From the NCBI GenBank assembly GCA_020137815.1, contig CM035355.1:7998001-8062000 (forward strand): a stretch of 64,000 nucleotides of DNA. The letters run 5' to 3'. Shown here piece by piece: positions 1 to 50,332 of this stretch. This DNA comes from Hormiphora californensis (taxonomy: Eukaryota; Animalia; Ctenophora). The notes beneath the pieces are model-generated. The model saw only the letters and a list, made by a program, of their open reading frames with translations, ran no database searches and was not told the DNA's origin. The position numbers and the translations under genes were made by a program. How positions within the stretch are numbered: position 1 is the first letter of the stretch; each line of letters opens with the position of its first letter.

Positions 1-3000
1 TGAAGATGACAAGGCATGCCCGTCCTTGCATTGACGTACTCGCCAATACCCTTCACCCTCGCAGCCTGGTGGAAATATGCGCTACAAATGCACTTCCTGA
101 CCAGGTCCCAGTTGTTCCCGCAGGAGGTCAGGGGTAACTTCTGTTTCTCCATTATCTCCATCAGCTGACTGTGAACCTCACGCACCTGGGAAGAGTTGGG
201 AAGTTGATTACATTTTATAACACTTTCTCCCCTCTTCCCTACTATTAGTTTCTAGCCTAAAACCACACTTTGTCCCCCAGTTTACCTTTTTCATAGCCTT
301 GAAATGTATAAAATAGTCATTACACCAGGTGCTACTGTAATTCTTGTTCTTCCACTGCTGATAAACGTGGAGCAGGGACAAGTGGTCACTTTCGGGTACC
401 TAGAGAGGGGACAAGTGGTCACTTTCGGGTACCTGTAGACAATCATAGTATGTATGAAAAACACGGTATCAACAATGATGAGCCATAATACAAAAGTGGT
501 ATAATTAATAAATACCTGGAATTTCTCCCGTGCAGAGTCAGACTCTTCCTCCCTGCCCTGGGGCCGGTAAAATATGGCCGGAACAGACAACATACTGACT
601 ATCACCAGAATCTCCGCACTGCACCCCATCCTAACTGAAATCTGGGGGGTGTATGTTAGTGTTAACATGCATGACCATATTTGGTCGTATATCATAACTC
701 CTAATATGGTATTACTCACCAGCAACAGTTTACTCATGGCGGGTTCCATGGGAACTCAACCATTTCCCGTCCCAGCTCCGTGAGACTGCCCACATTATCA
801 AAGGCACCCAGGACCCACAGTTGGTACATGGAGGTGAGGATATTGTCTTGTGGCGGGGGATCCATGAAGTGGAAGGAAAGAAGATTGGACACTCCCTAGG
901 GATTTGAGGAGAAGGACCACAGTGGCCAGGTTGGTTCGCTGGATTTCTGGGACAGTCGTTTGGAGCAGCTGGTGGGGGAGAGATAGGAGGAGCTTTAGAT
1001 CCAACAACAAGAGAAGGGGAGTAAATATTAAATGTGATGCCCAATACATCACGTCACTTTTGGTATTTATATTCACATTGATTTACTCAGCGGGTTTATA
1101 TTACCTCAGTTCTGTAACAGTTCTCTGTGTACATTCTCCATGCCTGGCCGGGTCCTGTCCTACCCGCCCTTCCGCTTCTCTGGTTGGCATTGGCCTGTGA
1201 AATCGGGAACACTTGGAGGGCGTCCATACCTGACAAACAATGGGGGTTAGAAGGGGACGGTGTAGTGGTAACTAGGGGACGGTGTAGTGGTAACTAGGGG
1301 AAGGAGTGGTGGTAACTAGGGGACGGTGTAGTGGTAACTAGGGGAAGTTGTGGTGGTAACTAGGGGAAGGAGTGGTGGTAACTAGGGGAAGGTGTGGTGG
1401 TAACTAGGGGAAGTTGTGGAGGTAACTTGGGGAAGGAGTGGCGGTAACTAGGGGACGGTGCAGTAGTGGTAACTAGAGGAAGGAGTGGAGGTAACTAGGG
1501 GAAGTTATGATGGTAACTAAGGGAAGTTGTGGAGGTAACTAGGGGAAGGAGTGGCGGTAACTAGGGGACGGTGTGGTAGTAACTAGGAGACGGTGTGGTG
1601 GTAACTAGGGGAAGGAGTGGTGGTAACTAGGGGAAGGAGTGGTGGTAACTAGGGGAAGTTGTGGAGGTAACTAGGGGAAGTTGTGGAGGTAACTAGGGGA
1701 AGGAGTGGCGGTTACTAGGGGATGGTGTGGTGCTAACTAGGGGAAGTTGTGGAGGTAACTAGGGGAAGTTATGATGGTAACTAAGGGAAGTTGTGGAGGT
1801 AACTAGGGGAAGTTGTGGAGGTAACTAGGGGAAGTTGTGGAGGTAACTAGGGGAAGGAGTGGTGGTAACTAGGGGAAGTTGTGGAGGTAACTAGGGGACG
1901 GTGTAGTGGTAACTAGGGGACGGTGTAGTGGTAACTAGGGGAAGGAGTGGTGGTAACTAGGGGAAGTTGTGGTGGTAACTAGGGGAAGTTGTGGAGGTAA
2001 CTAGGGGAAGTTGTGGAGGTAACTAGGGGATGGTGTGGTGCTAACTAGGGGAAGTTGTGGAGGTAACTAGGGGAAGGAGTGGTGGTAACTAGGGGAAGGA
2101 GTGGAGGTAACTAGGGGACGGTATGGCGGTAACTAGGGGACGGTGTGGTGGTAACTAGGAGAAGGAGTGGTGGTAAATAGGGGACGATGTGGTGACTAGG
2201 GGAAGGAGTGGTGGTAACTAGGGAAGGAGTGGCGGTTAACTGGGAAGAGTGGAGGTAACTAGGGGAAGAGTGGTGGTGACTAGGGAAGGTGTGGAGGTAA
2301 CTAGGAGAGGGTGTGGTACTAGGGGGAGGAGTGGTGAACTAGGGGACGATGTGGTGACTAGGGGAAGGAGTGGTGGTAACTAGGGGAAGGAGTGGCGGTA
2401 ACTAGGGGACGGTGTGGTGGTAACTAGGGGACGGTGTGGTAACTAGGGAAAGGGTGGAGGTAAGAAGGGGAACAGTGTCTTAGAGAGGTGATAAAGGTTA
2501 ACGTAATGTGTGAGAGAGATAGGGAAGTGAATTGTAATGCAAAACAGCAATAGCCAATAAATGCCAACACACTTTGGAAAATCAGCACTCTAAAATAACT
2601 AGATTCTGCCTGTGAGAGGTAGGGGTCAAAAGGAAGTTAATTGTAACGAGACAAGTAACGGCAATTTTGCAAGAGATGACCTACCTTTCGTGGGTTGAAG
2701 ACCTTTAGTTTACAATAACCACCATCAATAACAAACATAATGCCATCTACATTAACTTGTCTCGGCGATATTGGTAGCCACGATAACCTGAAACGGGCTG
2801 GGAAGTTACAAAAGGTGTACCGAGTTCCAAAGTAACACCACCCCTCACTCACCTTCCTGACTCCGTCCGGGGCCTTTTGGAAGATCTTGGCTTGTAGGTC
2901 GGAGGGAAGTTGGGAGTAGATAGGCAGAATTGCTAGTGGGGGTGATCCTTCCACCTCCTCTAATCGGTCTCCAATGGCGCTGCATGCTGTCTGTGCAGTG

Positions 3001-3507
3001 GAAGAGTGAGCTGTGAGGTAAAAATTCAGAATTAATTCAAATAATATGATCATGTTTGTCAGTGATATTATTATGATTGCCTCGCTCGTTTTAACTGTTT
3101 CAAAACATGAGATAAGAATTATCACCTCAATCTCCTCTTGACCGGGCATGAAAATGAGGATATCCCCGGCAGTTGGTTGAAGGTGGATCTGGACAGTCTG
3201 TTTGACACACGCCTCCACATAATCTTCACACGGATTCTTAGTAAACAGGACATCCACAGGGAATGTCCGACCGGGAATGTTGTAAATTGGCACATTCCCA
3301 AAAAACATGGAAAACTTTTCGGCATCCATGGTGGCAGATGTGACAATGAGTTTTAGGTCGTTTCTACGGCCCACAACATCTCGAAGAAGTCCGAAAAGGA
3401 CATCAGTGTTAAGTGACCGCTCGTGTGCCTCGTCCATGACAATGACAGAGTAAGCTGGAGAGATTGTTACTTTAACTAGTGAGTGAGAGAGAGGGGAGAG
3501 AGAGAGC

Positions 3508-3552
<45 letters not shown>

Positions 3553-5593
3553 CAGAGACAGAGACAGAGACAGAGACAGAGACAGAGACAGAGACAGAGA
3601 CAGAGACAGAGACAGAGACAGAGACAGAGACAGAGACAGAGACAGAGACAGAGGCAGAGACAGAGACAGAGACATAGACAGAGACAGATAGAGATATCAG
3701 AGTCTTGTTCAATCTACACCACTGTCCCCTACTACTTACCATCCAGATCTGATTCTCTAGTGTCCCCTACTACTTACCATCCAGATCTGATTCCCCTACT
3801 ACTTACCATCCAGATCTGATTCTCTAGTGTCCCCTACTACTTACCATCCAGATCTGATTCCCCTACTACTTACCATCTAGATCTGATTCCCGGAGGGACT
3901 CTCGCAGCAAGATACCGTCAGTCATGTACTTGATGATGGTCTCCTTGCTGGTACAATCCTCGAACCTGATGGCATACCCCACCTCTGTACCCAACTTACA
4001 ACCCCGTTCTTCTGAGACTCGTTTAGCGACTGACATTGCTGCCACACGCCGAGGTTGGGTGCACCCGATCATACCCACATCTCCATAACCATCCTCGAGG
4101 AGATACTGAGTGAGTTGTGTTGTTTTGCCACTTCCCGTCTCACCGACTATAATCATAACGTTGTTCTCCCGGAGAATGGAGAGAAGTTCATCTCGACAGG
4201 CGAAAATAGGAAGAAACTGTCTCTGTTCTTTGATTGATTTCGACTGGGCAAACTGACTTACGGCCTCCGATTTATCTGCCATGTGATCGGAGAATTGTTG
4301 TGACTTCCGGTGGCCACCTTCCTCTCCCTCACCTGTTTCCTCCTCCTCCTCCTCCTCCTTCTTTTCTATTCCCATTATCTTCCCCAACTTAGTTCCTGCT
4401 AACTCCCACTCTTTCTTCTGGGCCTTTATCCTCTCCTTTTTCTCCCGGTACTCCCGAATCAGCTGGCTACCCTTGCGAGCGAGCACCGCTATATCCGAGG
4501 TGGGATCTTTTATTGGAACAACTGGTTCCGGCTGCTTGGTGTACATTATCCGGCCATCCAGGAAGGGTGGCATGATATTGTGAACAAGAAGGTGCACCTT
4601 AGCCGCGGAATCCTCGTTGAAGTCCTCGTCGTGCTCGGTTTTTGTGACAACCCCCGAGGTTAGCATCCTGTTTTGCTCCCACTTATCCAAATCTTTGTTC
4701 TTCTGCTGCCTCCACGCGGATAGCTTGCGTTGGAAGCTCTTGGTGGCCTCCTGTGTTTTCTTCTGTTCGTACTCCTCACTTACACCATGGAACGGGTTGA
4801 GGTCCTCATTATACCCGTCATCCATGTTGTACCAGGCCCTATCCAATCGTTTCTGCTCGTCCTGGTAGTTTGCATCGTCCTCAAAGTTCACCTTACTCCG
4901 CTGGGACTCCTCTCCACCCCCCGCCTTGCTAGACCTCCGGGAGGCCCATGCATTGTCCTTGTATGTTGGAGTGGGCAGGGGAGTGTGGTCCCACCACCTC
5001 TTGCCACCCTGACTTCTCTGAGACTCGGACCGTTCCCACCTGTTCTTACCGGGTGTCTCCGAGGACTCGTCCCACGTTGACCTTGACGGAGTTTTAACGG
5101 AACCACTGTGGTGGGAGGGAGTGCGGCGAGAGCTGGAATACCCACTGTCCCTATCTGACCGACTTGACCTTTCAGATGAAGATCGTTCAGATCTATCACG
5201 TCTATCTGATCTGTCTCTTCTGTCAGATCTATCTGATCTGTCACGATCTGAATGTCTGGAGTCTTTCTGTCCGGATGAACTTGAACTGTAATTTGAACTT
5301 TTCCTATCCTTATCACGGTGCTTTGCTTTCTTCATCCTATCCCGAGCCTCCGAGCTTACTCCACCAGGGTGCGAGGGTGTGTCGTCTTTAGATTCTCTGT
5401 ACTTTCGCTTCTGCTCTGCCCGCTTTTCAGCCGCAAGTTTATCCAAACCGAAGACCGATTTCTGCGGCATTTTAAATACATGATCTGATGATTTTGCTTT
5501 AGGTTTGACAACCAAACCGCCTGGTTCCGCGTTCTGTGTTCCCTCGAGGACTGAGCTAGATTCAAATCCCGTAAAACTAAGCTGATTAGCCAT
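1..5593 (-). CDS. DHX38: Pre-mRNA splicing DEAH helicase PRP16/DHX38, multi-exon, 3' end beyond window
   Basis: ORF 3866-5593 has an RS-rich N-terminus, [10 protein letters not shown] and [15 protein letters not shown]. Later exons give [35 protein letters not shown] and [20 protein letters not shown] introns are present (e.g. 3455-3873). A few frameshifts at ~730-1000 and ~2750 are probably assembly indels. Confidence 0.95.
1250..2460. repeat. ~21-bp minisatellite (GGTAACTAGGGGAAGGAGTGGT-like) in a DHX38 intron
   Basis: More than 50 degenerate tandem copies are visible directly. Confidence 0.95.
3481..3690. repeat. (GA)n/(GAGACA)n microsatellite
   Basis: Direct reading. Confidence 0.95.
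3725..3890 (-). repeat. Tandem copies of the DHX38 exon-1 donor junction (30/38-bp units, 5 donors)
   Basis: The minus-strand unit GAATCAGATCTGGATG|gtaagtagtagggg is repeated; the first copy is the real exon end at 3874. Confidence 0.9.
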
Positions 5594-7556
5594 TTTCTAC
5601 AAATATTTATAAACTATTATTTTCAAAACAACAATAGCAATCTGTAAAAATTACAAAGGCCTACAGGAACCTCTGTGACACACAGGACACTCGCCATAGC
5701 ACGAGAGAACAGCAACAAATACAAATACAAATACAATTATAATTTATATCCCGCTTTTGGGCCTATGCATTGTTAGTGCTAGGAGGACGCCGTTTCAATC
5801 AGTCGATTGAAGCAACGCACCCACCACTAACAAGCCTTCTAAAGCGGCTCTTATAGGATTATAAGATCCTAAAGGCCTTAAAAAACCGTCGGCAGTCATT
5901 CGATATAATATATATATAAATGTAAGTAGAAAATAAGGGTTATAAAATATCTAATTAAGAAATAGCGTAATTAATTCGTTGAGTGATTAAGTAGTTAGAT
6001 AATTGAGAAATTAACTAGTTAGATAATAGATAATTAACTAGTTAGATAATAACTAGTTAGATAATTAACTGTTGATTAATAAGTACATAGTGTAAATACT
6101 AAGTAAGTAGTATAGTTTAATAATTAATTCAAGTAAAAGGCTAGTGATCTAAAAAGGAGGCGAATAGCTAAGTAATTAGTTAATGGATAAAGTAACTGTA
6201 ACAGGATAACCGATAAGGTAATACACACTAACCATATTAATTGCTATATAAGGTTATGATCTAATAAATGGCCTATGGAAAATTCTAAAGAAGCTGGTAA
6301 TAAATTAACGAATAACGAGGTAGAAAAATAAAAAGCAAGAGACCAGAGGTCAGACAGATAGGTTAAATACAAAGCTGTTAATAAATTAATTAATTGGAGC
6401 GGTAAAAAAAATAAAAAGGCAGGAGGCCAGTGCAATGGCCAGTCAGAATAAGTTAATTAATGCGGTTGGGTTTAAAATTTAATGTACGATAAAAACGTTA
6501 AGCTAATTAAAATAAGCTGTAAGATAGATAACTGTACTAGACGTAAGTATTTAGGTTATAATTTAAAGTAATTTTAAGGTAACTAGGATAGAGAAGATAA
6601 AAATTAAGAGCTGCCCAACTTAGAAACTCTAGAGTCTATTCTCCAAACACACTCGTATAAAGTCCATCTATGTTTATCGTCTTGATGTCTTCGAGAACGT
6701 AATACCCTCCGTGATGTTCACTGAACATTGTTCAGGCTGGCTCACTCGCTCGCTCAAAGAACCTATGACTCTACTCTAGCCAGAAAGGAAAGAAACTCAA
6801 CACACACTGTCACAATACAACCAGAAAATATACTCAAAAAAAACTCGACACTCTTGACATGATATCAGACCCCTACTCTACTCATATGTTGGAGGAAAGG
6901 ACTTCAGATGATGATGTAGTTATAGGGGATGTAGTCAGAATAGGAATGTAGTAATGATAGGAATGTAGCACAGTAGAGGAATGTAGGACGTAAAAGGAAA
7001 GACCTCCCATCCGAGACTTCACCACAACACAGCCTTTCCCACAGCCTTTCCCACGATGATTCTAAAACTCCAAACCGAGACTCAGCCGATCACCTCAAAA
7101 CCTCACTTCAAAGCCAAAAGAGGCACCACTTCACAGACCCTACCACCGTCAGTCCGATATTATGTGTGAAACACCGAGAGCATCTACTACTCAGCAGGTG
7201 TACCCCAATATTACGAATAAAGTGGTGAGCCTCCTGGGTTTCACCTGTATGTCTCCCGGAGGCATGGAGTGCGGATAGGGCAGCGATTTCGGCTTTTCAG
7301 GACTTTAAAACGTTTTGAAATTTTTTTGAGGTGGTTAGCAAAATAAAAAGGATGACTTAATATAAAAATTCCGCGCTGCATTATCAATATGCGCGTCTCG
7401 TCGCCGCCGCGCAATCCAGTGTGATTTCAAAAAGTCACGTTTTTGTTTTTGTTTCGATCTTTGCAACCGTTTTTCTCCAAGTTTTCATATTCTGTAGCTT
7501 TTTACGGAAGTAGCACTTCCTAACCTGTTTTTAACCGATAAATCTTTCAGCGTCAC

Positions 7557-8646
7557 ATGTCCCACTACCGTGTGTCGCATACCCGATCTGCCAGCTGGTC
7601 CCCGCAGCGGGAATTCATCGAATCGTCGCTGGGGGAACCGCTCCGTAATGTCCTTCGAGAGTACGTCCCATCGGCCCTCATTCAGAACAATGATAGTCAA
7701 CCGACAAATCATGAAGGAGCGGCAACTGTAAACATGGGAGAGGAAGAGGATGAGAGAGAGAATTCTAATTCCCCGGGAAACTTCGATTTCAGCGTGTGTT
7801 TAAAATTCGCAAAACAAATCCTCCCCTTTGCTATCCTTCTCTTATTGCGGTGGGTTTGGGAGCACAGAACCGGTATTGTGGTCCTTGTTGGTCTCTTCCT
7901 GACATTTCTCCACTTTAATAAGACAATAACTCGACATGTCTCTCTGAGAGATAGGAGACACGTCTCTACCATCGTCGCTAACATGGCCTTTCTAGCACTG
8001 AACGTTCACGTTGTCTACTACGTGTTTCACGCTGAAAAACTATACCGTTGTCTCTATTTCTTTGCTCCTGAAGTTGATAATACCCTGTGGGATGTGCTCT
8101 TGGGTAGTTGGTATCACCGACTTTCATGGTTCGGTTCGCGGTTATGTTTCTAAAGTGTTTGTGTATTGTGCAATGGCGGTGTTTAGTCCCCTATAAATCA
8201 CGTGGTAAATGGTACATGTTGCTGGAACACATTGCACAGTTTTATAGAACACTCCTCCCCGCTCCACGGTGGTTGGCTTTCTTCCTCTCTGATAACCAAG
8301 GATTCACCATGGGACTAACTCTATCTGCTATCTACACCGTCATCAAACTGGTCCACATCTTCAGTCAGATTCACTGAGTTGTGCGCTGCTCTAAGGTTCT
8401 TCTTCCGTGATCAGTACTACTGGTAACTCTGTATCCAACTCTGAATTAACAGACACTCAGTGCCCTATTTGCCAGGAGGAGGTTGAGGACCCCATCAGAC
8501 TGCACTGTAACCATGTATTTTGTGAAGGGTGTATCACATCTTGGCTGGATCGCCATCCAACATGCCCAATGTGTCGAGCTAGAATCACCACTCAACCTCC
8601 CATCTGGAGGGATGGGTCTACCTCCGCTTTTGTGCAATTCTTCTGA
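7557..8646 (+). CDS. RNFT2: RING finger and transmembrane domain protein (RNFT1/RNFT2-like), intronless, with ~3 frameshifts
   Basis: Joining ORFs 7557, 8011, 8108 and 8407 gives multiple TM segments, WVVGITDF, LKCL..KSRGKWYMLLEHIAQFYRTL, a C3HC4 RING (CPICQ..CNHVFCEGC..CPMC) and the family C-terminus WRDGSTSAFVQFF. The paralog assignment (1 vs 2) is uncertain. Confidence 0.8.
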
Positions 8647-9464
8647 GTACTTTACCAACTGTGTGTGTGCTTTTTACCCCCCCCCCTCTGTATCTGTGTG
8701 TATATGTGGAGCTTTATTTTTTGAGTTATTAACACAACCTCTCTGAAGATTACCCCTCTCTCCCCCTGTATTTTGAGATTAATGAAGATCCGAGTTTATT
8801 TACCCGATCACTGTAACTTAGTGAAACAACAAACTGTAACCATGATATCAAACTGTAACCATGGTAACAAACTGTAACCATGGTAACAAACTGTAACTGT
8901 GGTAACAAACTGTAACCATGGTAACAAACTGTAACAATGATAACGGGGATCTGGGAGCGTTTAACATACACTGTTTGTTTGTAAAACATTTTGTTTCTGC
9001 GTTGTGCATGTTGCACGATATATATATTTCTCAGCAATTTACCTCCCGTTTTAATTGTTTTCACTCCACTCTCCTGCCCTAATTGCAGACCCCAATTGCA
9101 CACCCTAATAAACCCTAGTTAAACACCCTAATTAGTGATTGCATACTCTAATTACAAACTATCCCTACGTTAAATAGGTGTAATGTACTGATTGAACCAT
9201 GATATAGCTCACCGGGTTACCTATCCACCTTATTCTCCACCTTTCTGTGGCCATGTAACTGGTTGAAAGCTCAGAGAGACCACCAGAGAGAGAAGGGTTA
9301 TCCACACGTCCACCAGAAAGAGAAGGGTTGACACTGATAGGGAGAGAGGCCACATATTTAGGGCAGAAACACAGCCCAACAAAGGGTAGAAACCCACGCC
9401 CTATACCGAGAAGGGACACCCTACACAACCAGTTCCTACAGAAGTAACACCCAGGTGGAATTAA

Positions 9465-14947
<5,483 letters not shown>

Positions 14948-15324
14948 GTAACAGGGGGTGATGAAGGACCAGGAATGAGGGGGGGGGGGCTTGAGGTAAC
15001 AAACACCCGGGGCAATACATATGGCGAGCAAATAGGGGGAATGGTAAATATGGGGTTGGGGTAGGGGACCAAGACGTAGGGCGCTTGGACCACATTGCGA
15101 GTAAGTTAAAGCATAAAGGTACTCATAAAGGTACTCATAAAGGTACTCAACTCAATGGATTTACAGCTGCTTTTTAAAAAGTGAACTTGTGAACTCCATA
15201 GAATAATCTTATCAGACATCTATCTTGCATATCATGCCATTATTCATCAAGAATAGAAACTATGTAACGCTCCTCTTTTGCAGTACAAATTAGCAACACT
15301 TTTTACTGAACATGTTCCCCCCCC

Positions 15325-15356
<32 letters not shown>

Positions 15357-15397
15357 ATCCCTCTCTCTCTATCTCTATATCTCTCTCTCTCTCTCCC

Positions 15398-15481
<84 letters not shown>

Positions 15482-16631
15482 CTTTACACCTGGTCAGTGC
15501 CGGACACGTGTGCAAGTAATGTAGACCCTGATAATCCAATAAACCGCTCCCACGCCCCCGGTGCAGTAGTGAGATGCAGTGAGAGAGGGTCGAGGCAACC
15601 CCAAGCATAGTTTGTTCCCCAAAGCTAAGAGGCCATGAAAGTTGAAACGTGGGGGGGGGGGGTGGGTTCAAAATACCCAAGGGTCCATGTGACAGGGGGC
15701 GATGAAAGACTTTTCGGGGGGATTTGTTTGGTGGCGGTAATTTAGGGTTTTTAGGGTCTGTCAGGCAATTGCTATAGCAGCATGTTCTCTTCTCTAAAGC
15801 CCCGTTCCCCCATTCAGATATGGCAGGTTGAGGGACCGGTGGCTGGTAGTATATCGGTACTTGTTACGATACAGACCCTACTTAAACCGGGTACCCTACC
15901 TCAGCAGATACGCAACTACTCAATCAACTGTGAGTATCATTTCTATCTTTCTATCTCTATCTATCTCTATCTATCTATGTCTATCATATCTATCTATCTC
16001 TCTATGACTATTATATCTATCTATCTCTCTTTCTCTCTTTAGCTTTTTTTTCTCTTTCATTTCTCCCTCTCTTGCTCTTAGAAGTTAAACAATTAATATT
16101 GAAAAATGTTAGGTTGACTATTATAAACTTATTTTAAAGGCGCATGCAGGGAGTATGTATAACATACATAGTGTTTAGTTTAATTTTCATAACTCAAAAC
16201 CCATTTTGTAAACCATTTGATTGTGGCCATGCTAACACCTCATTTCACACTAAAAACCTCATTTACAAACCTTACCTCGCCTCAACTGCATGCAAATCAC
16301 ACTTTTTTATTGTTTAGTCAACTGAAAAACACTTTTTTTCTGCCCTATCTTCATGCAATATTTCATGTTTTATTTTGGTACCTGCCTTATAACCCATATA
16401 TCCCTACTGTAAACCACCCTGTGAAAACACGCATGCAAACTCATCGGAAACCAAAACGCGAAATAAAAATCCTGAATAACACAAAAACACAAACACTTCA
16501 AGTCTTTGGTTCACCTTATTTGTCTCTCTCCCTCGGCCCTAACCCATCTCTGTATCTCTCTCTCTTGTTTCCAGTGAACTGTCTTGTGGTATATTCCACA
16601 TTAGCCCTCCACACTTCCAGAATGTGCCACA

Positions 16632-16930
16632 TTAGTTACTGCCCACTTGATGCCCATATATGGTATTGTGAACCACGTGATGCCCATATATGGTGTTAGA
16701 CGGGAGAGTTCCCATTGGCAGGGGGATGCAGCCCGTGATCCACTGCTCTCCACCCTCGGCATCATTTCCACAGCAGGATGGCCAGGTTTGATGGGGTGAG
16801 GGGGCGGCTAGGACCCTGTTTTTACCATGTCTCCTGTACTTGCACCGGCAGATGAATAACACTAGGAAGCAGGTTAGGAGGACACTGAAAATCATGAGAG
16901 GGATGTAGCCCCGCTTCTCTATAGATGAAC
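16632..16930 (-). CDS. Putative exon encoding a single TM helix plus basic stop-transfer (possible last exon of the antisense Sushi gene)
   Basis: Acceptor ctctctccacag| at 16931, phase 1, reads GSSIEKRGYIPLMIFSVLLTCFLVLFICRCKYRRHGK. Confidence 0.4.
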
Positions 16931-17756
16931 CTGTGGAGAGAGTAAGGGGCTGTTAGAGGTTGGTTACGAAGTTACCCCTTGCCAGTGCGCGAAGGTCGCC
17001 CGGCGACCTGAGGGGTTATTTCGTAACCAATAAGAGAGGGAGGTGTCAGAGAGTGAAGATTAATTAGTGGTTTAGTGGATTAGCAGTTTAGTAATAGTGG
17101 TGATGTCTTGCTCAAATTACCAATTCATAGCAATAAATTGGCTCACCAATTAACAACACTAATTATTGGCTCACTGCACTATGATTATAGCAGTTAATTG
17201 ATCTATAACAAGTATTACCCTCTTCATCTCCATCTCCTTCTCCCTCTGAGGCCTCTCTCCAGTGATGCCGACCACCCATCTTACTATCTTTCTATCTTTC
17301 TATCTCCCTACCCGGATTTTTCAGCTCAACAAATAAGACAACACAGCGACAAAAGGTGTACAGGAAACATCGACTGGAGGGAGGGGAGGTCGTCAGCCAT
17401 ACTCCTCCTCTTCTTCTTCCTCTTTCTCTCTCCTCCTCTCTCCTCTCCTCCCCTCTCTTCCCCTTTTCTTTTCCCCTTTTTTCCCCCCCTTTTTCTCTCT
17501 CTCTCATGGTTTTGTCGTTCTCCTGGTTCTTACTCCTTCGGCTCCTCTCTCCTCTCTCCTCTCCCCTCCTCTCTCTCCTTCCTCATTCTCTCTCTCATCT
17601 GCTCTTATCATGTATATCGTGTTGTTGTGATATAGTAGTGATATTTTTTGAGTGCACACTGCGTTTCATTTCGTTTAATACCACCCTATGATAGCCGTCT
17701 CTAAACCTCACGGTGTCTTTTAGGGTTACCATGGCACTTTAACCCACAAGAGAGAC

Positions 17757-48750
<30,994 letters not shown>

Positions 48751-49639
48751 AATGTCTGTAATATTTCACTGTTACCTTGACTGCAATATGAACAGTGCCA
48801 GATAAGGAAGTGGTTACCATGGTTACCAGAGAAGGTTTGATGGGGAAGGAAGTGGTTACCATAGTTACCTGCAAGTGTGATGTTGATATTTTTACAAATC
48901 TGGACACTATATTTCAAATGGTATTTGTGTGTGACTTTGTTTGTTCTTTGAACACAGCTCTGTGTTTGTGTTCGCTGCTGCAGTGAATCATCTTTTACCT
49001 GGATTTACCTAAAATATCGGGGACTCAAATGTCAATCCTTTAACCCTTTGAGGACCATAACGATTGGCCGAACAGAATTTTCTAATTTTTTGTGGAGAAG
49101 GTCAGGAGAATAGTCTAAGATTATACGAAAAGGGTTTACTGAAATCGGGTTTTTACTTTTTGTGTTATGGCATGGGTCATATATGACCCAGTGGTACTTA
49201 TATGGTACAAAAAGGTTAGAGACGTCCTGTGTGAGTTATACTGTTATCAGGGACATAAAAACCGGCTCATTGGTGTACTAGAGGCATGACTAAACTGTTA
49301 CAGCCGGAATATTACATCTCAGACGGTTTTTTACCTGATTTGGGTCATATATGACCCAGTGGGCCGTTTGGGAAAATTTCAATGATATTGCCGAAAACTA
49401 ATGAGTTTCGCTATTTCAACACAAAATAAGCATTTGAAAGTTATTATTATGCTATATAGTGATTGTTTAACCATTCAGATTAGATATTATGGGAATATTT
49501 ACTAGATTTGGGTCATATATGACCCAGTGGGTCGTATAGGAAAAAATCATACTTCGGATTCAAAAACTCAAATTTCAATCTTTATTTCATGTACAACCAA
49601 TTACTCGTATCAATACAAATCCAATCAATAATAGTCCAA

Positions 49640-50332
49640 TCATTCTAACTGATGGTGATGATAAAAACAGTTTCGATTTTGAGTCAGACAGAACCCCCTC
49701 CCTTTACAACCACTAGCCGAACAACCAATATAGGTTTTCTTGTCCGATTTGCAAACATTACACCTACGCCTCTGATCGAGGTAAACTGGAAGATGGCTCC
49801 CAGAAAGAGCTGGAGCAGATGATCCGTCTTTCTTGACCTGTTGCAATGGGAATGCCCGTTCTATACAACTAAAGTCCTCAACTATACCTCTACAAACTGC
49901 CAAACGAATCTCTTTCGAAGTTTCAGTTTTGTTTGGATGGATGGCCTGGTAAGCTATTCGTGAGTTCATGAGTGTTTGGTCCATAAAACTAAACACTAGT
50001 CTGAGATAGTACCTGTGCTTCATCCTCCTATCAGTTCCGCAAGTAATAGACAGTCTGTCTTGCAAGTCGACTCCCCCCATATAGGCATTGTAGGACTTGA
50101 TCACTTCTGGGCATGGAAAGGACGTCTTTGTTGCCTTCCCCTTCACTCTTCTAAGGACTGTTTCGACTTTTTCACAGCTATTGGCGCTTGTAATGACATG
50201 TGCACAGCCTTGTTGTCAATCCATTTTACCACGTTTATTGCCGTAGATGCTACTGCAGATGCGGCAGGTGACCGGAATATCTTCATCGCTCCACGTGACA
50301 TGTCCTTATCTGCAGGAAACGATGGCATTCCT
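49640..50332 (-). pseudogene. piggyBac transposase C-terminal fragment (left arm)
   Basis: KWIDNKAVH, YNAYMGGVDLQD and Cys-rich tail RRRCNVC..CFYHHH; frameshifted. Confidence 0.88.

Noticed and set aside
3472-3742. [12 protein letters not shown] ORFs here and at other microsatellites
   Set aside because: Microsatellite translations.
5700-7300. Possible SINE/ncRNA or small TM ORF (6244-6435) between DHX38 and RNFT
   Set aside because: AT-rich with no recognisable motif, termini or TSD that I can support.
7557-8646. RNFT (and DHX38, Sox) as pseudogenes or programmed frameshifts
   Set aside because: Indels also hit essential DHX38 and are locally compensating in Sox, and protein motifs are intact, so assembly error is more likely. 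RNA-seq would decide.
15478-15630. Possible additional exon on either strand between microsatellites
   Set aside because: Splice sites and frame are ambiguous and there is no recognisable protein motif.
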